Shown in pieces: positions 12,359 through 23,420 of a stretch of 64,000 bases of DNA (its first letter is position 1; the number at the start of each line of letters is the position of its first letter). Below the pieces are notes generated by a model. That model was not told the DNA's origin. It saw only the letters and a list, made by a program, of their open reading frames with translations, and did no database searches. The translations under genes were made by a program, and so were the position numbers. Origin of the DNA: Octopus sinensis (Eukaryota); the NCBI RefSeq assembly GCF_006345805.1, contig NC_043001.1, forward strand, positions 44,888,001-44,952,000, in the 5' to 3' direction.

Positions 12359-12662
12359 TATGGAGATGTACTTGCATAGCAAGTGACCTGATCTGAGATT
12401 GTGTGCTGGAATGAAAACAATTGTAGCGTGGAAGGTGTTTATAAGCCATTTAAGATACACACAAAAACCATTAGATTCACTTCAATATTTAAATTTAATT
12501 TGCCAAAATATTTTCGTTGCTTTGAGACCGCAACCTGTTCAATGACAACATTCAAACCGACGAAAATATTTTGGCAAATTAAATTTAAACGTTGAAGTGA
12601 ATCTAACGACTTTTGTGTGTTTCTTAAATGGCTTATAAACACCTTCCATGCTGCAATTGTTT
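12358..12662. repeat. Dispersed repeat with a partial inverted duplication (103-bp arms 12415-12517 / 12560-12662); variant hammerhead motif at 12499-12549 (-)
   Basis: The arms are reverse complements. The same element recurs at 27196-27390. Confidence 0.85.
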
Positions 12663-12689
12663 ATACATATGTACATATATATATATATA

Positions 12690-13077
12690 TATATATTATA
12701 TAAAATCCATTCTGTCTGTCTGTGTGTGTGTCGTCTAGGATCTCTGGCATCCTCCATCCAATTGCCCTCAAATTTGATATGTAGATACCAATGGTATCAG
12801 ATGTGTGTATAAGTCTTGAAAAAATTACAAAAATCAATTCCAGGTGAGAATGCGATCGATAAAGCCATGGGAACGTGCATTTGTATCTGCAAGTACATCA
12901 GCTATTGCCATCGATATTACGCGTATGCAAGAAAAATGCATGGTGTCTCAAATTTAGGTTAAATCGGTGTTTCTCAAAGGGAGGGCCTATGGAACAGTCG
13001 GACAAGTTGTTTTGAGAAAATTTGGTTTAAATGTTTGACAACTCAGCACCGTTCATTGGACAAGGGGAGTTTTGCTC
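12690..13077 (+). mobile_element. Possible non-autonomous Helitron-like relic
   Basis: 5' end TATATAAAATCCATTCTGTCTGTCTGT resembles non-autonomous Helitron heads; the 3' end (GGACAAGGGGAGTTTTGCTCGT) is degenerate. Confidence 0.35.
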
Positions 13078-13329
13078 GTATATATATATATAAGGCATTT
13101 AATATAAATATACATATATATATATAAAACATAATAAACTATGAATACACACAGAAAAAAAATGAAGATTTTGCATGTAGCAAATGCATACGTGGAGAAA
13201 GCAATAAAAGCACATATTAAATAATATTTCTCTAAGTAAAGGGAAGGTTGCATGACGTTCATATACATAGTATGATATTGCATGGAAGCAAAACTGAAGC
13301 ACTGAATGCAGAAGGTGTGTGAAGACTGG

Positions 13330-13692
13330 AATGAAATAAGGGACCATGTTTTGCAGGATATGTAATGTCAGTGTGTGTGAATGACAGAACTGAAATGAGA
13401 TGAGAGAATAACTGGATATAAAAGAAATCGGTCTAGTGTGCAAGACAAAAGACAGTACTGTTATGGACATGTCATGCATATTGAAGATGACAGTTGGATA
13501 AAGAAATACCAAGCAACTTTAGAGGAAGAAACCCACAGAAGAAAAAATGGGGAAGAAGTGATGAAAACTCTCAGGCAGTAGAACCTTACAAAGGAAATGA
13601 CAAAGAACAACAACAAATGGCAAGGTACTGTGCTGGGAAAAAACCCCATTCAATCATGAAAATGCTGACACAAAATGATGATGATGATGCAT
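13330..13692 (+). mobile_element. 3' end of RTE-clade LINE
   Basis: Matches the RTE C-terminal region (TGTTATGGACATGTCATGCATATTGAAGATGACAGTTGGATAAAG) and ends in (GAT)n. Confidence 0.6.
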
Positions 13693-14299
13693 AAAATACA
13701 CATACATGGATAAGATGCGTGTGCACATGCACGCGCACACACATCACTGTTGACACACCTCAGTGTTGAGAATTTGATTCTATTTAATTTACCTATGTGT
13801 TCTAAAATGGCTGCAAAACCTGCTTTTAAGCTAAAAAATCTCTAGCAACAAAGGTGTGAGAATTTAAGTATTTTTAAATACAAAAGTTCCTTTGTCAGCT
13901 TTCTTTCTTGCACTTACGGCGCCTTCTGCGAGGTTACTTTTAAAACAATAAAGCATTTCTCAGCTTTAGAACAAATGATTGGATAAAGAAATAATAATAT
14001 TAACTGTGTCATGCCATGTTCCTGCTATAGTGGGAAGAGCCTAAATATAATCTCTTCTGGATTATCATTAAAGTGTTAATGAACAACACACATAGAAAAA
14101 GAAGATAAAATACTAATATAGACAACCGATCACATTGCAGCTTTGTGGTCAAGGGTGTTTATGACTCACTGTTAATGGTGTCTCCCACAGCTGTTGCTTA
14201 TTTTCGTTTTTAACTGAAAAAAAAATTTCTTTGCAATGAAATGAGTGTGTGATGAACCCAGCACTTCATCAGGTAAACAAAGAGCTTAGACTCTTTACA

Positions 14300-16450
14300 G
14301 AAATTATTGATGATACTTATTCTTAGCTAGGGCAGATGCAGAAAGGAAGAGGTTTGCCTATGTTTTACAGTGTGAAAATCAGAGGCTTGAAGTGTTCCAA
14401 ATTGCCAGACAGTGTGTTTGAGAGAATTAAGTTGTGGGAGAGAAGTGTGTATGGACAGATAATGGTACACTTGCTCTTAGTGATCGCGAAAAAGAAAGAG
14501 GTGTGGAAGAGCTACTATGAAAGGCTATTAAATATAGAGAATGAATGGGAGAAAAAGAATTTCCTTCATGTGAACCCAACAGAGGGATCAGATATCCTAC
14601 TTGACAGCAGCATGCTAGATAACACAAAGATATGATGACAAGGAAGGCCTCTGGTGAGTGCTGAGATGCTTAAGTTATCCGGTAGAGTTGGATACAGTCT
14701 AGTCCCCAGTATAGTTAATCAGGTTATTTTGGAGAGTGTAATTCCTAGTTACTGGTGTAGCAGCATCATAGTCAGCTGCTACAAGATAGAAGTTATTATA
14801 GAGGCACCAAATTGCTGGACAAGGTGATGAAAGTTGCAGAGAGAGTGATAGCCCATTTAATTAGGAACAAAATTAGATTAATGAAATGCAGTTTGGCTTT
14901 GTCCCGAGAGGAAGCACCACTGATGCCATTTTCATAGTCAAGTATCTGCAAGAAAAGTATTTGGCTAGGAACAAGCTATTGTACTGGGCACTTGTTTATC
15001 TAAAGAAAGCCTTCAACAGAGTACCTTGCTTTGTGATATGGTAGTCTCTGAAGAAGCTAGAGGAAGATGAATGGCTTGTGATAGAAGTACAAGCCATGTA
15101 CAGGAGTGCTGTTAGTAAGCCATGGGTACAGTGATGAAATTAGTGTACAGGTAGGTATTCACCAAGGCTTGGTCCTCAGCTTCTTCCTATTCATTATTAT
15201 CCTTCAGACCATAGCAGAGGAATTTAAGATTGGAAGCCCATGGGAACCACTAAATGCTGATGCTTTGGGCTACATAACAGAATCTGTAACAGAATTAGAA
15301 AATAAATTCCAGGTGTGGAAACAGAACTTAGAATCAAAGGGTCTTAAAGTTAACTTGGCAAAGACCAAGGTTGTAGTAAGCAAGTAAATGATTAGGACCC
15401 TCCAACCTTCAGATAAATGGCCCTGTTCAATATGTAGCAAGGGTGTAGGCAGAAATTTCCTTTGGTGTACCCAGTACAAGCTATGGACACATAAGAGGTG
15501 CAGTGGAATAGTAGGAAAATTAACAGAGAAAGTAGTGTTGTATGTGGAAGATGTACAGAAGCCATAAAGACCACAGGTATATGGGAAAGTGATTTCCTCA
15601 AATGTCCCAGAGGCTCTCTGGAAGTTGTAAATAATTTCTGCTACCTAGGTGACCTGATTAGCAGTGGGGGATGTTGTACAGAAAGTGTAATTGATAGAAG
15701 AATAAGATGAAGAAAGTTCAGAGAGATTTTACCTGTGTTGGCAAACAAAGGTTTCTCTCTCTCTCTCCAAGTAAAAGGAAGATTGTATGATGTATGTATA
15801 TGAACTGCAATGCTACACGATGGTGAGATGTGGGCCCTGAATGCAGAGGGCATATGAAGACTAGCAAGGTAGAAAGCTGGTATACTTTGCCGGATGTGCA
15901 ATGTCGCTGTACATATGCAACAAAGCATTAGTGTATTGAGAGAAAAAATTAAACATAAGAGGAATTAAATGCAGTGTGCAAGAGAGCAGACTGCACTGGT
16001 TTGGTCACGTGATGCAGATGGATGAGGACAGTTGTATAAAGAAATGCTGCTCACTCACTTAAAGTGGAGAGAATTTGTGGAAGAGGGAGTCCCAGGAAGA
16101 TATAGGACAAAGTATTGAAGGCTTATATCAAAATGACATGCCTTACGAGGGAGATGACAGAGGACTGAGATATGTGGCACATTGCTGTGCTCAAGAAGAC
16201 CCACCCAACACAACAGAATTGATATCCTAAAACCAAGGTGCCACGTAAAAAAGAATTGGTGTTGGTGCTGGTGCCATGTAAAAAGCACCCAGTACACCCT
16301 GTGAGGTGGTTGACATTAGGAAGGGCATCTAGCCACAGAAACCAAGCCTAAACAGACTATGGAACCTGATACGACCCTTGGCTTTGCCACTTCCTATCAA
16401 ACTGTCCAACTCATGCCAGCATGGAAAATAGACATTAAATGATGATGTTA
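14300..16450 (+). mobile_element. 5'-truncated, decayed RTE-clade LINE (RT domain, C-terminus, 3' UTR with GAT tail)
   Basis: EMQFGFVP-STTDAIFIVKYLQEKY, GIHQGLVLS, GLKVNLAKTKV and NFCYLGDLI motifs spread over several frames; ends ...CATGGAAAATAGACATTAAATGATGATG. Confidence 0.85.
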
Positions 16451-19400
16451 ATGTGTGTGTGTGTGTGTGTGTGTGTGAGTGCGTGTGTGCGCGGGCGCGT
16501 GTATTTATGTAGATATCAGCTGGCCAACTCCTGTGAAACTGTTCAACCGATGCCAGCATGGAAAACAGACGTTTAAAGATGATGATGGTATGTATGTATG
16601 TATGTGTGTGTGTATGTGTGTGTGTGTGTATGTGTGTGTGTATGTATGTATGTATGCATGCATGTATGTGTACATATACACACACAGTCACATAGACGAA
16701 CATATAAAGATTACACAAACACAAAACTTGCCAAACTTGTTCGAATCAACTTCATCCCTGTTGTTAAATTTTGGAATCCCCTTTGCAGTCGCTGCGGGTA
16801 TACAGGATCCTTCGAGTTAACGTTGTCTTGTAGATCTTTTTTCAAGATTAGTACGTCAGCACTTTTCTTTCAATACTGGTTTGAAAAAAAAACCCTCATA
16901 ATAGTAATGCGTTTACTAGTTAAGTGTCAAACTAAAATTGACATAACGAGGAATAGGATATTACGGATATAAAGTATATTATAAAAATTCACAACTCATT
17001 TGAGAAAAATGCTATGTGTCCGCACATACTACTACGGTTTTATATAAATTTGATAAAAATAGTTCAATTAAAATATTGATTTTTGACACGAAGTCACGAA
17101 CTGACGGTAATTATTTTATCAACGGAGTTGACACTTTAAACCCCCAAAACTGATAATTACAGTTAGGTATTTAGTCCAATAATGATGATGATGATGATGA
17201 TTTGTAACATATGTACAAAACCAGAAGTTTTGGGGTTAAAAAAAAAGTCGATTAAATCGATCCCAGTACTTGAGTTCAGTTTATCAAACCCGAAAGACGA
17301 AAAGCGGAGTTTGAACTCACGTAGAGATCCGTAATTAAGCACTACATTAAACCACTCAACTGATTCAACCATCCACCACCGTTATCATAAAGATTTCTTT
17401 TTCTTTTTCACAAGTGAAACAAATACAAAACATTATAGCATAGCAACAATATTGTATATTTCAACTCGTTAAAATCACACATCTATATACACGTTACTTA
17501 TGCAACACACACACACACAGAAGATTTTACGTTTTACTATGTCAAATACAAACATCCAGAATTTTATTTATTAGATTATACTTGAGGATTAGCGATAGGG
17601 TCATCGGATACTGGGGATGATGAAAAATCGCACCCTTAAATGTATCCTTGTGCTTGCCCCTGATCGCAGTGCCCCGACTCGATAGCCGATCATCGTTGAT
17701 AATGTTGCCAGACACCCACAGTAGTTAACTGATGGCTGGTGTGCTTCTAGAATAATTCCGTGAACAAACATCTTAATTTGGCAAATCCCCATCAACAACA
17801 TTGCAGACAAACACCTTAGAAAGAATATGGAGTAACATAAAAAGTAAATATCGAGTGATGCATAGAGTTTCCTTAATTTTTTTTTCAGCGTCATATACTC
17901 AAATATATTTATGGTCTCAATTCTAGGTCTTGAAATTACCATTCTATGCAGTATTTTTCTAAGAAAGTTTTGGGCGCCTAGATTTTTACGTACCTAAAAT
18001 TTTAAGATCTGTGATTAAATGAAAACTCTCAACTTCTCTGCACCATTGCAACTTTATATAAAACATTATATATGTACTTCACATGTCAAGTTTTACACAA
18101 ATAAAAAGCAATAAATGCATAAATAAAGCATTATAGACAATAGAAAGAAAGCTTATGGAACCGGTTTGTTTACATCTGCATTGACAAACAGGTTCTTAAA
18201 AAGCGGTAGTAAAAAGATGTAGGAATAAAACGGGCAATTTACCGAAATATTTTTCTCATTTGATTGATTACAAAGCTGTAAATTTAGCTTGATTGTCCAT
18301 AGGAATATGTATATATGTGTTCGATGCCATCATTTAAGTCCCCGTTATATCAATTATCTTTAGTACGTTAAGTGAAATTTTGTTTACGCTCCTAAATCCT
18401 AATCTGTTAATAGCGACACATCAGTATTCCTTAACTTTTCACCTACCATTGAATTTTGATAACGTTACTCCAATTATATAATTAATTAAGGCTCTTTACT
18501 CAATAACGAGTGGGACAAGGCTGTTTTGTTTTGTTTTGTTTAGTTTTTCATCATCATGATTATTATTATTATTATTATTATTATTGGTGGTAAGTGCGTG
18601 GAATTGCTTTTATAGCAGAACACACACAAGCATAAATGAAGAAAAAAATTAACAAGTGTAATAGCTTAGAGGTTTGTGAAAATATTACGCGAGATGTTAA
18701 CAAGTATCTAAATGTAAGTAGTAAGTTAATCAGTCAATCCGCTATAATGGTAAAGATCAACTCACTTTATTCTTTCATACTTTCCAGCAGTACCTGCGTA
18801 AGCGTATGTCGTTACTGTTCATCGAACGGTGTAAAGGAAATTTATCTTCCTATTAGTAACAATTTCCCGTAAACAAATAGTTTGACATGCACAATCTATT
18901 GGAAGTATGCTTATATTTTATTTCCTCAACAAAGGGTTCTCCCTCATACATCTTCACTTTCACTACATTACTTTCTTTAATTTGGGAGTTTTATTAACGG
19001 ACAATTTCTATTGATTTCTTGGGTTCTAATTTTTTTTAGAGGAAATAGAGGTGGGGTTTACAAAATTAGTATCTGGGGCAAAATGAGTAATTTCTGATAC
19101 CTTGTTGTTTTCTCCCTATCTGTTGGAAATTATTACATTGCAAGTATTGCATCATCATCATTTTGTACTGTTGCATCATCGGGTCAGCATAATTGTTGTT
19201 GTTGAAGTTGAAAGGGTTTGAAACAGTCAGGTGACAAATACTTATTTTTCAAGAAATATTTTAATTTCGACCCAATTGTAATTGAGGTTGCTAATAAAAT
19301 ATCTGGATAATTTTTGCTGTTTAACAATCAAGATTCTTTTCTCTGTTGGATTCCAAGTAATTTTTTTTTCCACACTAATGTTTAATTTGATAATTTTCAA

Positions 19401-19799
19401 AAAATGGTGTCTAAATTGGGGCAAAATGAGTAATGACTAATTTCAATAATTTCTCCTCTTTAATTGTTTGGTGCGTAATTATATCAAGAAGAGAGAAACT
19501 CCTACAAATCGTGAAAAAGCTATATAGAATATTATATGAAGAGTTTTTAGATTATTTGAGTTCCATTAATTTTATATCATGTGCCATTTTTCCATGACCC
19601 TCTTTCAATTTGATCTAGATATTCATTTGAATTAACATTCAATAATGATAAAACAGAAGCAATTAACTCTTTCATTAGTGAATTCATATTGCTGCCATAA
19701 TTTTGAAAACTAATATAGTTCTTACAAAAGAAAGACAAAGAAAAGAAAAGGTGAGAAAAAAGAAAAGAAATAGAAAAAAAAACGTCAATGCAGCACCAA

Positions 19800-21200
19800 G
19801 TGTTTCAATTGGTCACACATCACAAGGTTCATTGGAACTTACTGAAGCAAGCTGGCATGCTCACAGCATTACTACAGGTGATGGCGAGGCTAAAGCATTG
19901 GAAAAGCTAAGGGCCCTCACTTGACACCTTGGTGAAGTGAGCTACCAACAATGACAAGAACTTCACTGTTAGTGGCCCTCCAAATGCCTCAAACATAACA
20001 GGTTGGAAGAGATAATTCACTGCCAGGTCCCGATACTTCAGCATTTTGTTCCATTTGGCAACAAAAGCAGTGACCAACCCATTTACCATAACATCCAGGA
20101 TGTGGGAGGGAGCAAAAGAGTCACAGACTGTAGTATCCCAGATGAGGCACCTACCGCTATGACTTCTAGAAAATCCCACTAGCTCCAGAACTAAGAGGAT
20201 ATTAATTCAAGTCAGGGCCCACTTAATGATTAGGTGGCAAGACAGACCATAAATACCTGTGAGATTGAGGGCCCTACCACAGTAACATCTCAGTCTCCTA
20301 CAGATGTCAACTAACAACTCTGAGTATGATGGAGATGCAGTGCTCATCTAGACTGAGTAAACCTCCAATGTTGGCCAAAAGAAAAGCATCAATCCAGTCT
20401 CCTGAGAATTTTGCGCTAGCAGAAAGTAGGCGACACCTTGAAAATTGAACAGAATGATCAAGGAGAGAGTTGGCACCTGAAGTGGCACCTGAATGCAGAT
20501 TATCCTATACTCTCTGCTTCCATCTATCCTTAACTGTAACAGGAACTGACAAACCTAGTTCTCTCCACTATAACAGAGCTTCATCCATCTCCCTGTTGGA
20601 ATTGGGCCATGTTGGAAAGGAGAGAACGTTGCTTACTAAAGAGGAGCAAGTGTAGATGGAGGAAAAAAAAACACAGAAGAGATAAAGATGAGCACTTGCA
20701 CAGACCGAGACACCCAAACTGTTTGGGCAAAGCAACCTGGTTGCGGGACTCTGGGGAGAGTTTGACATTGACCAAGCATTCAAGTTCCCTGAAGGTTAGG
20801 TCATCAAAGCATTGGAGGGACGATGAAAATCTATAAGAGGGACTAACTCTCAGAAAATACAGTAGCTTAGGAATTGACAAGCAATTCCTAAGTATAAAAA
20901 AACCTTGGTGGGGCTCAATTACCTCAAGATTTTTTAAAAGTTGTCCAAGGATAGCCATTTTAGACAGATAAACTCGAAAGCTAGGCCAGTAATTGGTACT
21001 CCAAGAGAACCCCACACTGATGAAGGAGTTTGTATTTCTGATGCCAAAGGATGGATATTTGTGTGTAGGAGTCGTTTCTCAAATGTAATTCTAGAACATT
21101 GAAGAGGAGGATTTATCTTGTCTTGTCTTACAACTAATTTTGGCCCCACTAAATTTGTCTTTTATATGCTCAAAGAGAATGGAGATAATTTTCTAAAATA
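19800..21200 (-). mobile_element. Decayed CRE/R2-type non-LTR retroelement with restriction-like endonuclease
   Basis: LRNCLSIPKLLYFLRVSP...QVALPKQFGCLGL (post-RT region) and GRCLIWDTTVCDSFAPSHI...KMLKYRDL...FQPVMFEAFGG (RLE domain). Confidence 0.75.
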
Positions 21201-21439
21201 GTATTCAGATTGTTATGGTATTTTTAATGCATTTAGAGAAGGTCATTTGCTTAACTGAAATAGTTTTTGTAAGGTAGTGAACATTTATATAAAATAATTT
21301 TTCCTAAAGTCAAAAATGAAGTAAATCTTATTCACTATATCCCACCCGCTACTTATATTTCTGAGTGAAAGGAAGATTCAGACTTTGTATTGTAAGCCTC
21401 CAAACTAATTATCCAATTTCTAGTGAGTTCAGTGCTGTT

Positions 21440-22250
21440 ATACTCCTTCCGCATCTTTCTTGCTCCCTCCCACTTTTCTCTCCTTAATGATCACCAGCAT
21501 GGTTTCCGTAAAGCTAGAACTACTGTCCTCTGTCACTCAACAACAGGATTTTGCCTTGGAGAAATTTACTGAAAGCAATGCTGTCACCCTCGATGTCAGC
21601 AAATCTTTCATCTGTGTCAAAATCTCTTTTCGAAACTTGCTCTTATGAATTTCATCCATCTCTCCTCTCTTTGGTCGATAGCTTCTGATCAGATTGCACT
21701 GTCACAGCATATGTTGATAGTGTGTCCCCTAATCACTGACAATCTCTCCCGGTGAAAGTACATCCTTGACATAAACAGAACTGCATCCTAACGACTGTAC
21801 CTACTCTTCAGAGGCCAAAACTACTCCATTCTTCCCAATAATTGTTGACATTCTACATGAGGCTCGTAAATGGGGTGTTGCCTCACATTTGGAATGGTAA
21901 TCTGCTTCACACAGATATCCAAGACTACATCCCAGAAAAGATCCACAGTTATGCTTAACAAAAGGTCACTTACAGGTAGCCCCAAGGTTTGAATAACAGA
22001 CATACTGTCTCCTCTCTACCGTTTCTATTGCTACAATAATGGTCTCTGTTGCTGGGAGCTGGCTGGGCTCTGCTAACTTCACCTAGACATTCTCTACCCT
22101 CTTATCTTTCCTTCTCTCACTACTTTTGTTGAATCCAACCCCACCAGCCCAAACAATGACCGCTGCATTCAGTCCTTCCTTCCTATAACATTCTTCCTCA
22201 GCGCATGTCTTTCTGGAAAGTATTGATTTGTAAAGGTTCAAAAGAAACAT
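21440..22250 (+). mobile_element. Decayed CR1/Jockey-group LINE RT fragment
   Basis: HGFRKART-like and NAVTLDVSKSF (cf. ALDISKAFD) motifs, broken by stops. Confidence 0.45.
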
Positions 22251-22288
22251 AAATGGCATCAATATTATTGGTTAGAAAATGCAACAAG

Positions 22289-22485
22289 CTGGCAGAATCG
22301 TTAGCATGCCAGGCAAAATGCTTAGCAGCATTTCATTCAGTTTTATGTTCAGAGTTCAAATTCCACCAAGGTCAACATTGCTTTTCATTCTTTTGAGGTC
22401 GATAAGATAAGTACCGGTTGAGCCCTGGAGTTGATGTAATTGACCTACCACCAAAACTGTTGGCCTTGTGCCAAAATTTGAAAAT
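22289..22485 (+). mobile_element. CORE-type tRNA SINE
   Basis: GGCAGAATCGTTAGCATGCCAGGCAAAATGCTTAG...GAGTTCAAATTCC...TTTCATTCTTTTGAGGTCGATAAGATAAGTACC; many further copies in the window. Confidence 0.75.
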
Positions 22486-23003
22486 AATATCATCGTGTAG
22501 AAGGACCTGAAAAGAACATGGGTCCTTTCCTCAGGAACCAGTAAGTAAAATAAAAAATACCTAGAGATATGGAGGAGAGAGACACTTCTGGTGACTTATT
22601 CAGGATATAGTATAGTGCCTGTGTCTGGATATGAGTTTAAAATATTTTAACAAATTTACTGATGCTCTGTCTATTCAGATAATGTACCTAAACAGGCAGT
22701 GAGATACTTATCTGCTTTTTAAAAATTTATACCTTCATAACCTCCCCACAATTACATAAAATATGCACATAGGCTCACAGTCACATCTTCCTGCCTTCTC
22801 AAGAAACAGAGGCACAAATATTTTACTACAAGCAACAACTTAGAAACGTGGTCCTAAACAAATAGATTTGAAATAGTACCGATGAAATCCACACTGTATC
22901 TTAGAGGCAATGACAAAGAACATCAATACAACTAACAATCACACTCATGTCACACATACGCAAGATAAAAAAAAACAAACTAAAACTTTCATACATTCTC
23001 ATC

Positions 23004-23420
23004 ATCATCATCATCATTTAGCGTCCGCTTTCCATACTAGCATGGGTTGGACGGTTCAACTGAGGTCTGGGAAGCCAGAAGGCTACACCAGGCCCAGTCT
23101 GATCTGGCAATGTTTCTACAGCTGGATGCCCTTCCTAACGCCAACCACTCCGTGAGTGTAGTGGGTGCTTTTTACGTGCCGGACGAGGCTGGCAAACAGC
23201 CACGATTGGATGGTGCTTTTTACGTGCCACCGGTACAGGGGTCAGGCGAGGCTGGCAATGGCCATGATCAGATGGTGCTTTTTACATGCCGCCGGCACAG
23301 AGGCCAGTCAGGGCGGCGCTCGCAACAGCCATGTTCAGATGGTTCTCTTACGTACCACCAGCACTGGTATCACAGCTACAATTTCCATTGATGTTGATTG
23401 ATTTTGATTTTGATTTTGAT
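23004..23420 (-). mobile_element. RTE 3'-UTR-derived element with an internal ~58-bp minisatellite
   Basis: (CAT)n-TTTAGCGTCCGCTTTCCAT tail and repeated GGTGCTTTTTACGTGCC units; near-identical to 50090-50421 and 56808-57225. Confidence 0.8.

Noticed and set aside
14170-14275. Hammerhead on the minus strand (CTGATGA...GCAACAGCTGTG)
   Set aside because: A13 and position 17 are mutated and stem I does not pair; decayed.
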